A DNA stretch of 64,000 bases from Minisyncoccota bacterium (GTDB lineage Bacteria > Patescibacteriota > Minisyncoccia > Phycocordibacterales > UBA918): the NCBI GenBank assembly GCA_040879435.1, contig JBBDKG010000010.1:2019-66018 (forward strand), written 5' to 3'. Shown here in pieces: positions 49,662-58,013 of the stretch (positions within the stretch are counted from its first letter, which is position 1; the number at the start of each line of letters is the position of its first letter). Position numbers and translations under genes: made by a program. The notes beneath the pieces were generated by a model. The model was not told the DNA's origin and ran no database searches. It saw only the letters and a program-made list of their open reading frames with translations.

Positions 49662-49719
49662 CGGGATTTCCACGTTTTTCCCGAAATTTCCCAAAGGGTC
49701 AGTGCTATAATCAAAGGGC

Positions 49720-50889
49720 ATGAAGGACCGTATCATAGCGGGAATAGATGTTGGTACCTACCAGGTGAAGGTGGTGATCGCATCGCTACCCAAAAACCAA
49801 AAGGACCATTCCCTCCCACAGATCATCGGCACCGGCTACGCAGAGAGCCGCGGTCTTCGTAACGGGTATATCGTGAACGAAGCTGATGCGACGCGGAGTG
49901 TGAAGAGTGCGGTGATGCAGGCGGAGAAGGCTGCGGGTGTCGAGGTAAAGCGGGCGTACGTCTCGATCGGCAGTATCGGACTCGATGAGGTGTTCTCGCA
50001 CGGTGAGGTCATCACCACACGTGCCGACTCTGAGATCACTCAAACCGACGTAGACAAGGCAATGCAGGATAGTGAGGAACGTATCATCGATCACATTCCG
50101 AACCGCAAGATCCTCCACGCCATTCCCCTCTCCTTTTCTATCGACGGTGAGTCTGTCCTCGGACGCCCTCACGGCATGCACGGCACCAAGCTCGAGGTCG
50201 AGTCACTCTTCGTCACCAGCTTCGAGCAGCATCTCAATGACCTCATCAGTACCATTGAATCGATCGGTGTGAGTGTTGAGGATGTGATGGCGGCGCCGCT
50301 CGCCGCAAGTTTTGTGATGTTAACGAAAGCGCAGAAGCGGGCAGGTTGTGTATTGGCGAACATCGGTGCTGAAACAGTTTCTATCGCGGTCTTTGAAAAT
50401 AATACGCCGGTCTCACTCAAGGTATTCCCGATCGGTTCGAACGATATCACGAACGACATCGCGCTCGGACTCAAGATCCCGCTCGAGGAAGCTGAGAAGA
50501 TCAAACGTGGTGGTATGACCAGTGCCAACTACTCCAAGCGCAAGCTCGATGAGATCATCGGCGCACGTCTCACGGACATGTTCGAGCTCATCGACGCACA
50601 TTTGCGGAAGATTAAACGTGACGGACTTCTGCCGGCAGGCATCATCATCACCGGTGGGGGTTCGGGACTTGCGACCATACAGGAACTTGCACGCACCGCT
50701 CTTCGTCTGCCGTCGCGCATCGCCACACTTGACCCCGGGCAGAACGGCAAAGTACGTGACGCTTCGTGGGCGGTCGCGTATGGTCTTTGTATGTGGGGAG
50801 CAAGCGATGAGGAGGAAGGTGGTGGTGTGGGAATAGCCAAGAAAGCACGGAACTCGCTCGTCGACTGGTTCAGTCAGTTTCTGCCGTAG
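49720..50889 (+). CDS. ftsA: Cell division protein FtsA
   Basis: AGIDVGT..VKV, SRGLRNG.I, IGSNDITNDIA, IITGGGS; upstream of ftsZ. Confidence 0.93.
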   Translation: MKDRIIAGIDVGTYQVKVVIASLPKNQKDHSLPQIIGTGYAESRGLRNGYIVNEADATRSVKSAVMQAEKAAGVEVKRAYVSIGSIGLDEVFSHGEVITTRADSEITQTDVDKAMQDSEERIIDHIPNRKILHAIPLSFSIDGESVLGRPHGMHGTKLEVESLFVTSFEQHLNDLISTIESIGVSVEDVMAAPLAASFVMLTKAQKRAGCVLANIGAETVSIAVFENNTPVSLKVFPIGSNDITNDIALGLKIPLEEAEKIKRGGMTSANYSKRKLDEIIGARLTDMFELIDAHLRKIKRDGLLPAGIIITGGGSGLATIQELARTALRLPSRIATLDPGQNGKVRDASWAVAYGLCMWGASDEEEGGGVGIAKKARNSLVDWFSQFLP

Positions 50890-51167
50890 ATGACGCGGAA
50901 ATGAGAGTGATGCAGATGCGGCGTGCGCCGCATTTTTTATTACTCAAGGCTCTCAATTGCGTACTACACCCGCCTTCGTCAATTACACGAAAGTCGTGAA
51001 TGTCAATATGGTGACAGCACTCGCAGTAACTAGTATTATGGTGCACAAGTACGGAGGTGACCGGTCCGGTCTGCGCGCAGACCGCCATCGTGTCGTCGGT
51101 GCGGTTCTCTGTGGGAAGAGGACCTCGTCCGTTTTGGAGGTATTAACTAACGCTTGCACGCTCGCCT

Positions 51168-52406
51168 ATGGAACAAATTAAATCAGACGTTGAATCATTC
51201 GCACGCATCCGCGTTGTCGGTGCAGGAGGATCCGGCTGCAATGCCGTCAACCACATGGTCAACGCGAAGGTCAAGGGGGTCGAATTCATCGCGGTCAACA
51301 GCGATGCACAGGACCTGCACAACTCACTCGCAAAGAAGAAGATTCACATCGGAAAGAATCTCACCCGTGGACTCGGCGCAGGTGGTAACCCGGACATGGG
51401 ACGTCGTGCTGCTGAGGAGACGCGTGAAGAGATCGCGAATGCCCTCAAAGGTTCGGACATGATCTTTGTGACCGGTGGTATGGGCGGCGGCACCGGTACC
51501 GGAGCTGCACCGGTGATCGCCAAGATCGCACGGGACAGCGGCGCACTCACGGTCGGAGTGGTCACCAAGCCGTTCCTCTTTGAAGGACAGGAACGCATGC
51601 GCCTTGCGCTCCAGGGTATCGAGGAACTCTCGAAGGAGGTTGACGCCCTCATTACCGTCCCGAACGACCGACTTCTTGCCATTGTGGACAAGGATACGTC
51701 AGTGAAGAACGCGTTTGCGATGTGTGACGATATCCTCAAGCACGCGGTCGAAGGTATCTCGGACCTCATCACGATGCCGGGTATCATCAACGTCGACTTT
51801 GCCGATATCCGTTCCGTCATGGAGAACGCCGGTTCTGCACTCATGGGTATCGGAACTGCATCAGGCGAGAAGCGTGCTGAGGAAGCTGCTCGTTCAGCCA
51901 TCAACTCCCCGCTCCTTGAGATCTCCATCACCGGTGCGAAAGGTGTACTCTTTGCGATCGCTGGTGGCGACGATCTTGGTATGCTCGAGATCCAGGATGC
52001 AGCGCGTGCCATCACTGAGTCCATCGACCCACACGCGAAAGTGATCTTCGGTGCGATCCGCGATGAGAAGCTCAAGAAGAATGAAGTGAAGGTGACCGTT
52101 ATTGCGACCGGCTTCCCTGATTCCGAGGTACGCCCATCAGACCGGTCGGTCGTCCGCGCGCCACGCGACGCTGACGCAGATGAAGAGCGGGTCGAAGCAC
52201 GCGCCGGCGGGCGGATATTCAACTCGCTCGGTGGTAGCCGTCGTGAAGAGCCGGTCGAGGCGGAAGCAAAACCGGAACCGACGGTCGCTACCAAACCTGA
52301 ACCGACGTCAAAGCGCGAACCGAAACCGGTGGATCCCATCGACGAGGAGGACGATGACGACTGGGGAGCGGTTCCGGCATTCCTTCGGAGGAGCAAACTG
52401 AAATAG
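51168..52406 (+). CDS. ftsZ: Cell division protein FtsZ
   Basis: GGMGGGTGTG tubulin signature, NVDFAD, C-terminal VPAFLRR. Confidence 0.98.
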   Translation: MEQIKSDVESFARIRVVGAGGSGCNAVNHMVNAKVKGVEFIAVNSDAQDLHNSLAKKKIHIGKNLTRGLGAGGNPDMGRRAAEETREEIANALKGSDMIFVTGGMGGGTGTGAAPVIAKIARDSGALTVGVVTKPFLFEGQERMRLALQGIEELSKEVDALITVPNDRLLAIVDKDTSVKNAFAMCDDILKHAVEGISDLITMPGIINVDFADIRSVMENAGSALMGIGTASGEKRAEEAARSAINSPLLEISITGAKGVLFAIAGGDDLGMLEIQDAARAITESIDPHAKVIFGAIRDEKLKKNEVKVTVIATGFPDSEVRPSDRSVVRAPRDADADEERVEARAGGRIFNSLGGSRREEPVEAEAKPEPTVATKPEPTSKREPKPVDPIDEEDDDDWGAVPAFLRRSKLK

Positions 52407-52498
52407 GACATCCAAAACATCTTCCACTCGGAAGATGGTTTTGTTTTTATGGTATCCTATGCACGTTGTACTTGAAACTAACTACGTACTGAATTGCT

Positions 52499-53422
52499 AT
52501 GTTTGACCTCATTATCATCGGCGGCGGACCTGCCGGCGTCGCAGCGGGCGTATACGCCTCACGAAAACGACTGAACTCACTCCTCGTCACGAAAGAATGG
52601 GGCGGCCAGAGTAGCGTATCTCCTGATATCCAGAACTGGATCGGTACGCCGTCGATCTCCGGCACAGAGCTCGCTGAGAATCTGAAAACACACCTCCTCA
52701 CCTACGCCGACGGTGTCGTTGAGATCAACGAGAACACCACTGCAACGAATATTGAAAAAAGCGGCGACGGGTTCTCGGTCACACTTGAGGATGGGAGTAC
52801 AGCAGAAGCACGTGCCGTTCTTATCGCAAGTGGTTCGAAGCGCCGTCGCCTTGATGTTCCGGGTGCCGATAAGTTCGAGCACAAGGGAGTCACATACTGT
52901 GCGAGCTGTGACGGGCCGATGTTCTCCGATCAGGATGTTGTGGTGGTCGGTGGCGGGAACGCAGGATTTGAGACTGCGGCGCAGCTCTTGGCATACGCAA
53001 AGAGCGTGACGCTCATCCACAAGAACGATGCATACAAGGCCGACCCGGTCACGGTCGAGAAGGTGCTGGCGCACGAGAACATGACCGGCATTCTGAATGC
53101 CGAGATCACAAAAGTGACCGGCGAGCAGTTCGTTACCGGCATTTCATACAAGGATGCGAAGACCGGAGAGGAGCATGACCTCCCTGTTGGTGGTGTATTC
53201 GTCGAGATCGGAATGATCCCGAATACTGAGTTCGTCGAAAACGCAGTGGCGCTTGATGAGTATAAGCGGATCGAGATCGACCCGTGGACGCAGCAGACCG
53301 CTACCCCTGGCATCTGGGCGGCCGGCGATTGCACCAATATCCGCTACCATCAGAACAACATCTCAGCGGGTGATGCGGTCCGTGCGCTTGAGGATATCTA
53401 TGTTCATTTGAAGACGAAGTGA
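52499..53422 (+). CDS. Thioredoxin reductase / AhpF C-terminal-like FAD oxidoreductase
   Basis: IIGGGPAG, YCASCDG, VVGGGNAG, WAAGD. Confidence 0.9.
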   Translation: MFDLIIIGGGPAGVAAGVYASRKRLNSLLVTKEWGGQSSVSPDIQNWIGTPSISGTELAENLKTHLLTYADGVVEINENTTATNIEKSGDGFSVTLEDGSTAEARAVLIASGSKRRRLDVPGADKFEHKGVTYCASCDGPMFSDQDVVVVGGGNAGFETAAQLLAYAKSVTLIHKNDAYKADPVTVEKVLAHENMTGILNAEITKVTGEQFVTGISYKDAKTGEEHDLPVGGVFVEIGMIPNTEFVENAVALDEYKRIEIDPWTQQTATPGIWAAGDCTNIRYHQNNISAGDAVRALEDIYVHLKTK

Positions 53423-53425
53423 CGC

Positions 53426-53878
53426 ATGGAGTACTTTGTACGGATATACTCGTCTCCGGTACCTATCCCCTTCACATTCGCAGTGCATACGTACTTGGTA
53501 GTGGGTTGTGACGATGTGCGCGATCGGTACGACGTTCTACCGTTCCTTTCAAACGACCATCCGAAAAACTACGACGGGTACGTCTGCAAGAATATATTGC
53601 CGCCTGAAACAGGGTTCCGCTGTTTCGGCCGCTATCCATTTGTGTTTGGACCACGCTATAGAACAACAGTGATCGGTGAGGAGACCGGTGGTCCGCAGAG
53701 TGTGGCCTGCCGGTTGTATGAACGTATTGAAGCAGGTCTCTTACATGAGTACCCATACAAAGAACGATACAACATGGTGCTTGGACCAAATAGCAATACC
53801 TTCACGCAATGGATGCTTGACCAAACACCTGACCTAGAAATTACCCTTCCCTGGAACGCGTGGGGCAAGAGGTACTGA
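53426..53878 (+). CDS. DUF3750-like hypothetical protein
   Basis: FAVHTY...YPY...Y..GPNSNTF..W...LP.NAWG. Confidence 0.7.
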   Translation: MEYFVRIYSSPVPIPFTFAVHTYLVVGCDDVRDRYDVLPFLSNDHPKNYDGYVCKNILPPETGFRCFGRYPFVFGPRYRTTVIGEETGGPQSVACRLYERIEAGLLHEYPYKERYNMVLGPNSNTFTQWMLDQTPDLEITLPWNAWGKRY

Positions 53879-53902
53879 CCAAACGAGTATCTCAACACAA
53901 CG

Positions 53903-53932
53903 CAAACCGCGCCCCTTTCGGGGCGCGGTTTG
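53903..53932. terminator. Bidirectional intrinsic terminator
   Basis: caaaccgcgcccc tttc ggggcgcggtttg. Confidence 0.85.
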
Positions 53933-54231
53933 TCGTACAACGTAGAGCTTTCAGCCTGCATGACCCGTTGCTGTAGCCGACAGCAGCAGGTATGACTCGG
54001 TCACCACCATGCAAAGCCATACTTAGTTTCTCACGCTCGAAATACCCGTCAAGCATTTGTGAAAATGGCTAACTTTCGTACCTTCTGTGCATAACCACTG
54101 GAAAAGTGTGGGTATAACGAGAGGCATAGTGGAGTGGAGAACATGTGCATGGTGTGCGAAAAACTATGTTTACGAATACCTCATGATTGGTGTATAAAGA
54201 GGACTGGAGTCTAACAGAGGGAGCGCGACTC

Positions 54232-54504
54232 ATGCGTGACGCAACTGAGACCGAACTGCTGCTGAGCGGTTATGGACTGACAACGGCAGAGTTTCTCTAC
54301 CGTATGCCTGACCACCAGTCGATCCTGCAGTCATTCATCTGGCAGCAATACGACATCGCACCGAAGTTTCCGGCACTGTATGGGTTCATCGACTTCTGGC
54401 AGAAGAAGCTTGACGGTCCGTTGCACTCGGTCACCTTTACGCATCGACGGCTGATCGCGGCGAACGAGTGGCATAAGGTGGACGGTGAGCTCGTGCTGCA
54501 CTGA
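54232..54504 (+). CDS. usg: Usg family protein
   Basis: GYGLTTAE.LYR.PDH..ILQSFIWQ.YD.AP.FP.L..F..FW...LDGPLHSV. Confidence 0.88.
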   Translation: MRDATETELLLSGYGLTTAEFLYRMPDHQSILQSFIWQQYDIAPKFPALYGFIDFWQKKLDGPLHSVTFTHRRLIAANEWHKVDGELVLH

Positions 54505-54509
54505 AAAGA

Positions 54510-54542
54510 AAAGGGCCCGGCGTGGGAGTCGCCGGGCCTTTC
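54510..54542. terminator. Bidirectional intrinsic terminator
   Basis: aagggcccggcg / cgccgggccttt. Confidence 0.75.
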
Positions 54543-54545
54543 TGA

Positions 54546-55229
54546 TTAGTTGAAGATTTGTGCGAAGATACGTTCCGTACGACGGAGCGTTGCTTCGTCT
54601 GGGGCGGTGTGGTGGTGCGCGTAGTAGATAGCTTTCGCTGTCTCATACTCGCCCTGAAGGAACGTGCGGAGTAGCGTGTCGCTTCCCCGCTGCTCAATAA
54701 TGTTCACGAGCGTCAGAATAGCCTGACGCTTTTCCGGAACCTCAAAGAGCTGCATTGGTGATTCCTTCAGTTCCACCGCCCACTCAGGTACTGGGCCGAG
54801 GTGATGCCGCGCCATGTAGTTTCCGAGACGATTGACTGCGGTCGGGACCGAGCCTTTCGTGAACTGAAACAACGACATGGCAGAGCTAGTTGACGCTCTG
54901 GCATACTGGTCACCATTCGATTCAATGAGCTTTACAAACTCAAGGAACCGCTTGATGACCTCCTCGGTGGATTTGAAACCCTGTTCGATCACCTCGAGAC
55001 GAAGCATTTCGTTCGCGATGATCTCTTTGATCAGACTGACGTCGGCATCCTCTGGGACGCGTACCGGCACGATAGGTTGTGCCACCACATCGCCGTGCTC
55101 CTCGATTAGCATAGAGATCATGTCGGTCTGTTGGGTCTCGTGAGTCGGCTGCTTTGTCCCCCAAAGCATACCGATGATGCCGGCCGTCAAACACGCGACG
55201 GTTACGGCTTGCCACACTAGGTTACTCAA
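54546..55229 (-). CDS. Membrane-anchored lysozyme-like (SLT-type) protein
   Basis: N-terminal TM; IESNG...ASTSSAMSLFQFT matches SLT motifs I and II. Confidence 0.6.
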   Translation of the reverse strand: MSNLVWQAVTVACLTAGIIGMLWGTKQPTHETQQTDMISMLIEEHGDVVAQPIVPVRVPEDADVSLIKEIIANEMLRLEVIEQGFKSTEEVIKRFLEFVKLIESNGDQYARASTSSAMSLFQFTKGSVPTAVNRLGNYMARHHLGPVPEWAVELKESPMQLFEVPEKRQAILTLVNIIEQRGSDTLLRTFLQGEYETAKAIYYAHHHTAPDEATLRRTERIFAQIFN

Positions 55230-55264
55230 CTCGTACCCTCCGTACTCAATGTACTTACGAGTAT

Positions 55265-55293
55265 ATTATATCATAATTATAGAGTATAGTCAA
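55265..55293 (-). promoter_or_regulatory. Sigma70-type promoter
   Basis: TTGACT-17 nt-TATAAT with extended TG on the minus strand. Confidence 0.75.
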
Positions 55294-55299
55294 TGTTTG

Positions 55300-55386
55300 T
55301 GGCGGAAGAGGTGGGACTCGAACCCACAAGCGCTTGCGCGCGCCGCTTTTCGAGAGCGGTCCGTTACCAATTCCGGGCACTCTTCC
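55300..55386 (-). tRNA. tRNA-Ser(CGA)
   Basis: Reverse complement ggaagag...ccgct CT CGA AA agcgg, long variable arm, GGTTCGAGTCC, encoded CCA. Confidence 0.93.
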
Positions 55387-55439
55387 ATGCGGTATAAACT
55401 AGCATTTTTCGGCTTTTTTGATAACATGTGGCGACTTCC

Positions 55440-55511
55440 GGCCCTATCGTCTAATGGTTAGGACGCAAGGTTTTCATCCTTGAAATCGGAGTTCGATTCT
55501 CCGTAGGGTCA
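55440..55511 (+). tRNA. tRNA-Glu(TTC)
   Basis: ggcccta/tagggtc stem, caagg TT TTC AT ccttg, GTTCGATTC. Confidence 0.93.
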
Positions 55512-55656
55512 CAATTCAAAATAGCTTTTATTTACTTCATATTTTTACGCTACCTAGCGCCAAAGTGGAACACCGTTGCATTTTATTTAACTATATTGCA
55601 TAGTTGCCACGGAGTTACGTACTCCGTATCTGAAACTAAAGCCTAAGGAGGCTGTT

Positions 55657-56412
55657 ATGTCGGTTACGTACCGAGATCTTCCCAAAGACATCGACCCTAT
55701 CGCTTTTCTGTTCGGTGATGACAAGCTCACCGTCCCGGAGAGCTACTTCACGCCGGAGATGATCGTTCGTTTCTACGAGCGTGCCCTCCAGATGGTGGAC
55801 ATGCAAGCGCTCCATAACAAGAGCGTCGAAAATCCGCAGGGCTTGGAGAGTCTACCCAGTTTGCTCCGTTATGAGCCCGGACACTACGGCACGAAATGGC
55901 TCAAGCTCGAAGCCAGCAAGGAGACAATCGAACCGGCTTTGCCGAGCAAGACACCCTATCAGCTTCAGTACCTGACACTTTTCTCCGGTCGCTTACCGAA
56001 GTGGAAGGAGTTGGAGCTCATCGAAAAAGAGGCGGCATGGGGTGGCAAAATGAAGGTGATTGGTGACATTGGCACCATCATGCTTCTGTTCGGCAAGAAC
56101 CGCCAGCTCTATATCGTCACCGCTCGGTGGAAGCCAGCTGAAGAGTATTTCGGCGGCGGTGAAGAGCCTCGCTTCCTCGAGGAGGGACCCTACATTTTCA
56201 ATCTCGACCATCTGTTGGTCGAGCCCGTCGAGTGGAGCGATAGCCGGGTGGTTGAAAAGATCGCGGACGGTCAGTGGTCTGACACGCACGCCTTTCGAGC
56301 AGGTTTGCAGCTTGCCCTGAGTGGTACTGCGTACATCCTCGAAGCGCGCGTCAATCATATGCGACGTGTTGCTGATCGCCTTGAACGGATGTCGATCTAC
56401 TACGGTCGCTAA
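55657..56412 (+). CDS. Hypothetical protein
   Basis: AAGGAGG SD, long ORF, downstream hairpin. Confidence 0.75.
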   Translation: MSVTYRDLPKDIDPIAFLFGDDKLTVPESYFTPEMIVRFYERALQMVDMQALHNKSVENPQGLESLPSLLRYEPGHYGTKWLKLEASKETIEPALPSKTPYQLQYLTLFSGRLPKWKELELIEKEAAWGGKMKVIGDIGTIMLLFGKNRQLYIVTARWKPAEEYFGGGEEPRFLEEGPYIFNLDHLLVEPVEWSDSRVVEKIADGQWSDTHAFRAGLQLALSGTAYILEARVNHMRRVADRLERMSIYYGR

Positions 56413-56667
56413 GATCAAAGCCCATTACGAGAGCAGCCCGCTCCTCATAGTGGGCTGTTTTCTTATAGGTGTTTAATAAACTATAGGGTGAGTAACTTCC
56501 TGCACAAATGCTCATGAAATATAGGCATATTCAGCATTTTCTAAACCTTTACTAAAATCTCCGAGTACCCGATTCCACTGCAGTACAGTGTTTTCTATTG
56601 TGTTCCATCCAAGGTCGCCTAGGGTCACTAATAAAATTTGAGGGTTGTGTTGTAGTAAGATACTAGA

Positions 56668-57360
56668 ATGGACTATCAATACTTTTATCTTGTCTGGACA
56701 CTATTCTTTTTGATAATTTGGCTGTCACTATTTCTCTTGAGAAAAGACTCCAGAAGAGAAATTCTCGCCATTAGCCTCGTCTTTGGCGTAGGAGGAATTG
56801 GTTGCCAGTATCTGCACCTGCATGACTGGTGGCAACCACTGCGAATAACAAATACTTCAGTAGGTTTCGAAGATTTTTTCATTGGTTTTGCTATAGGAGG
56901 CATCGCATCTGTGCTTTACGAAGTTGTAGCAAAGAGGCGAGATGTACATCCGTCCAATAGAGAGGCTATTAGAAGGAGCTCATATTTCTTTATTGCCTTC
57001 TTTGCGCTTGTGTTCGTTTGTGCTTTCTTCATGCTGCATCTAAACTCAATGAGCGCAGCTCTTCTGGCATACGTAGTGGGTATTTCTTATTTATTGTTTC
57101 GCAGGAGAGACTTACTTGTGAACTCGATAGTGAGCGGAACGCTACTTTTAGTGTTAGGCGCAGGAACATATTGGTTTCTGTTTTTAATATATCCTGAATA
57201 CATATCGCTCTTCTGGCATTTGCCTGAAGTATGGTACTCCAAACTGATTTTCGGTATCCCTATTGGTGAGTACATCTGGTATTTTTTAACCGGTGCTTTT
57301 ATCGGACCGCTCTATGAATTTATTGAGGGTCTTCGAACTCGAAAATTACCCAATGTTTGA
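56668..57360 (+). CDS. Lycopene cyclase domain-containing membrane protein
   Basis: Duplicated hydrophobic unit with DWW...EDFF and FW...GIPIGEY.W motifs; AT-rich. Confidence 0.7.
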   Translation: MDYQYFYLVWTLFFLIIWLSLFLLRKDSRREILAISLVFGVGGIGCQYLHLHDWWQPLRITNTSVGFEDFFIGFAIGGIASVLYEVVAKRRDVHPSNREAIRRSSYFFIAFFALVFVCAFFMLHLNSMSAALLAYVVGISYLLFRRRDLLVNSIVSGTLLLVLGAGTYWFLFLIYPEYISLFWHLPEVWYSKLIFGIPIGEYIWYFLTGAFIGPLYEFIEGLRTRKLPNV

Positions 57361-57527
57361 ATATGGTTTTCCATACGTCTCGTAAAACCTCACAGATTTT
57401 TCATCCCTATTTTTCAACCTGTTTTCAGAGTACTTTCTGACACCAAAAGGAAACTTGGAAACTATTTACATATCTAGAGTATGACGGTATTGTTGCGGCA
57501 GTTCGCTAGCGGGGAAGGATTTCTGTC

Positions 57528-57896
57528 ATGGCGAGAATTCTTTATGCAGATGACTACGTTGCGTTTCATCCATACTTTCTTCGTGCCGCGAAGCGTGCTG
57601 GTCACGAAGGCGTGGCGGTTGGTGACGCAGTGCAGGGTTGGGAACTCATCGAGAAAGGTGAGGTATTTGACCTCATCATTTCAGACTTCAATATGCCCGA
57701 AATGGACGGCCTCACCTTCTTGAGGAAGGTCAGATCCATCGATGTGTTTGTTCGCGTGCCATTTGTGCTCATTAGCGGCAACGCTGACAAAGACAAACTC
57801 GCAGGTGTCGCTTCCGAGATGGGTGCCGAGTTCATCGAAAAATCCGACATGGTGGCGTTTGACCCCATCATCACGAAATATCTGTCTCAGAAGTGA
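57528..57896 (+). CDS. Single-domain response regulator (CheY-like)
   Basis: ILYADD, DLIISDFNMPEMDG, SG, FIEK. Confidence 0.9.
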   Translation: MARILYADDYVAFHPYFLRAAKRAGHEGVAVGDAVQGWELIEKGEVFDLIISDFNMPEMDGLTFLRKVRSIDVFVRVPFVLISGNADKDKLAGVASEMGAEFIEKSDMVAFDPIITKYLSQK

Positions 57897-58013
57897 CAGT
57901 CCACAAAAGCGTAAGTCCCACGACTACACTTTGTGGGCTGCTTTTGTTATTTGGAAGTAAATGAGGTTCCAATTCCAACTAACTCGACTCACAAAACAAA
58001 ACCTCGCCGCACA

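Noticed and set aside
51016-51040. CIRCE operator (AGCACTC half-site) before ftsZ, or a heat-shock operator before clpB
   Set aside because: The second half-site is missing and no full inverted repeat was found
51344-52420. 358-aa antisense ORF over ftsZ, and similar shadow ORFs over gyrA, clpB and copCD
   Set aside because: Antisense shadows caused by codon bias in conserved genes
56460-56660. Pseudogene remnant on the minus strand (QILLVTLGDLGWNTIEN...)
   Set aside because: Only ~40 codons with no start and no recognisable motif
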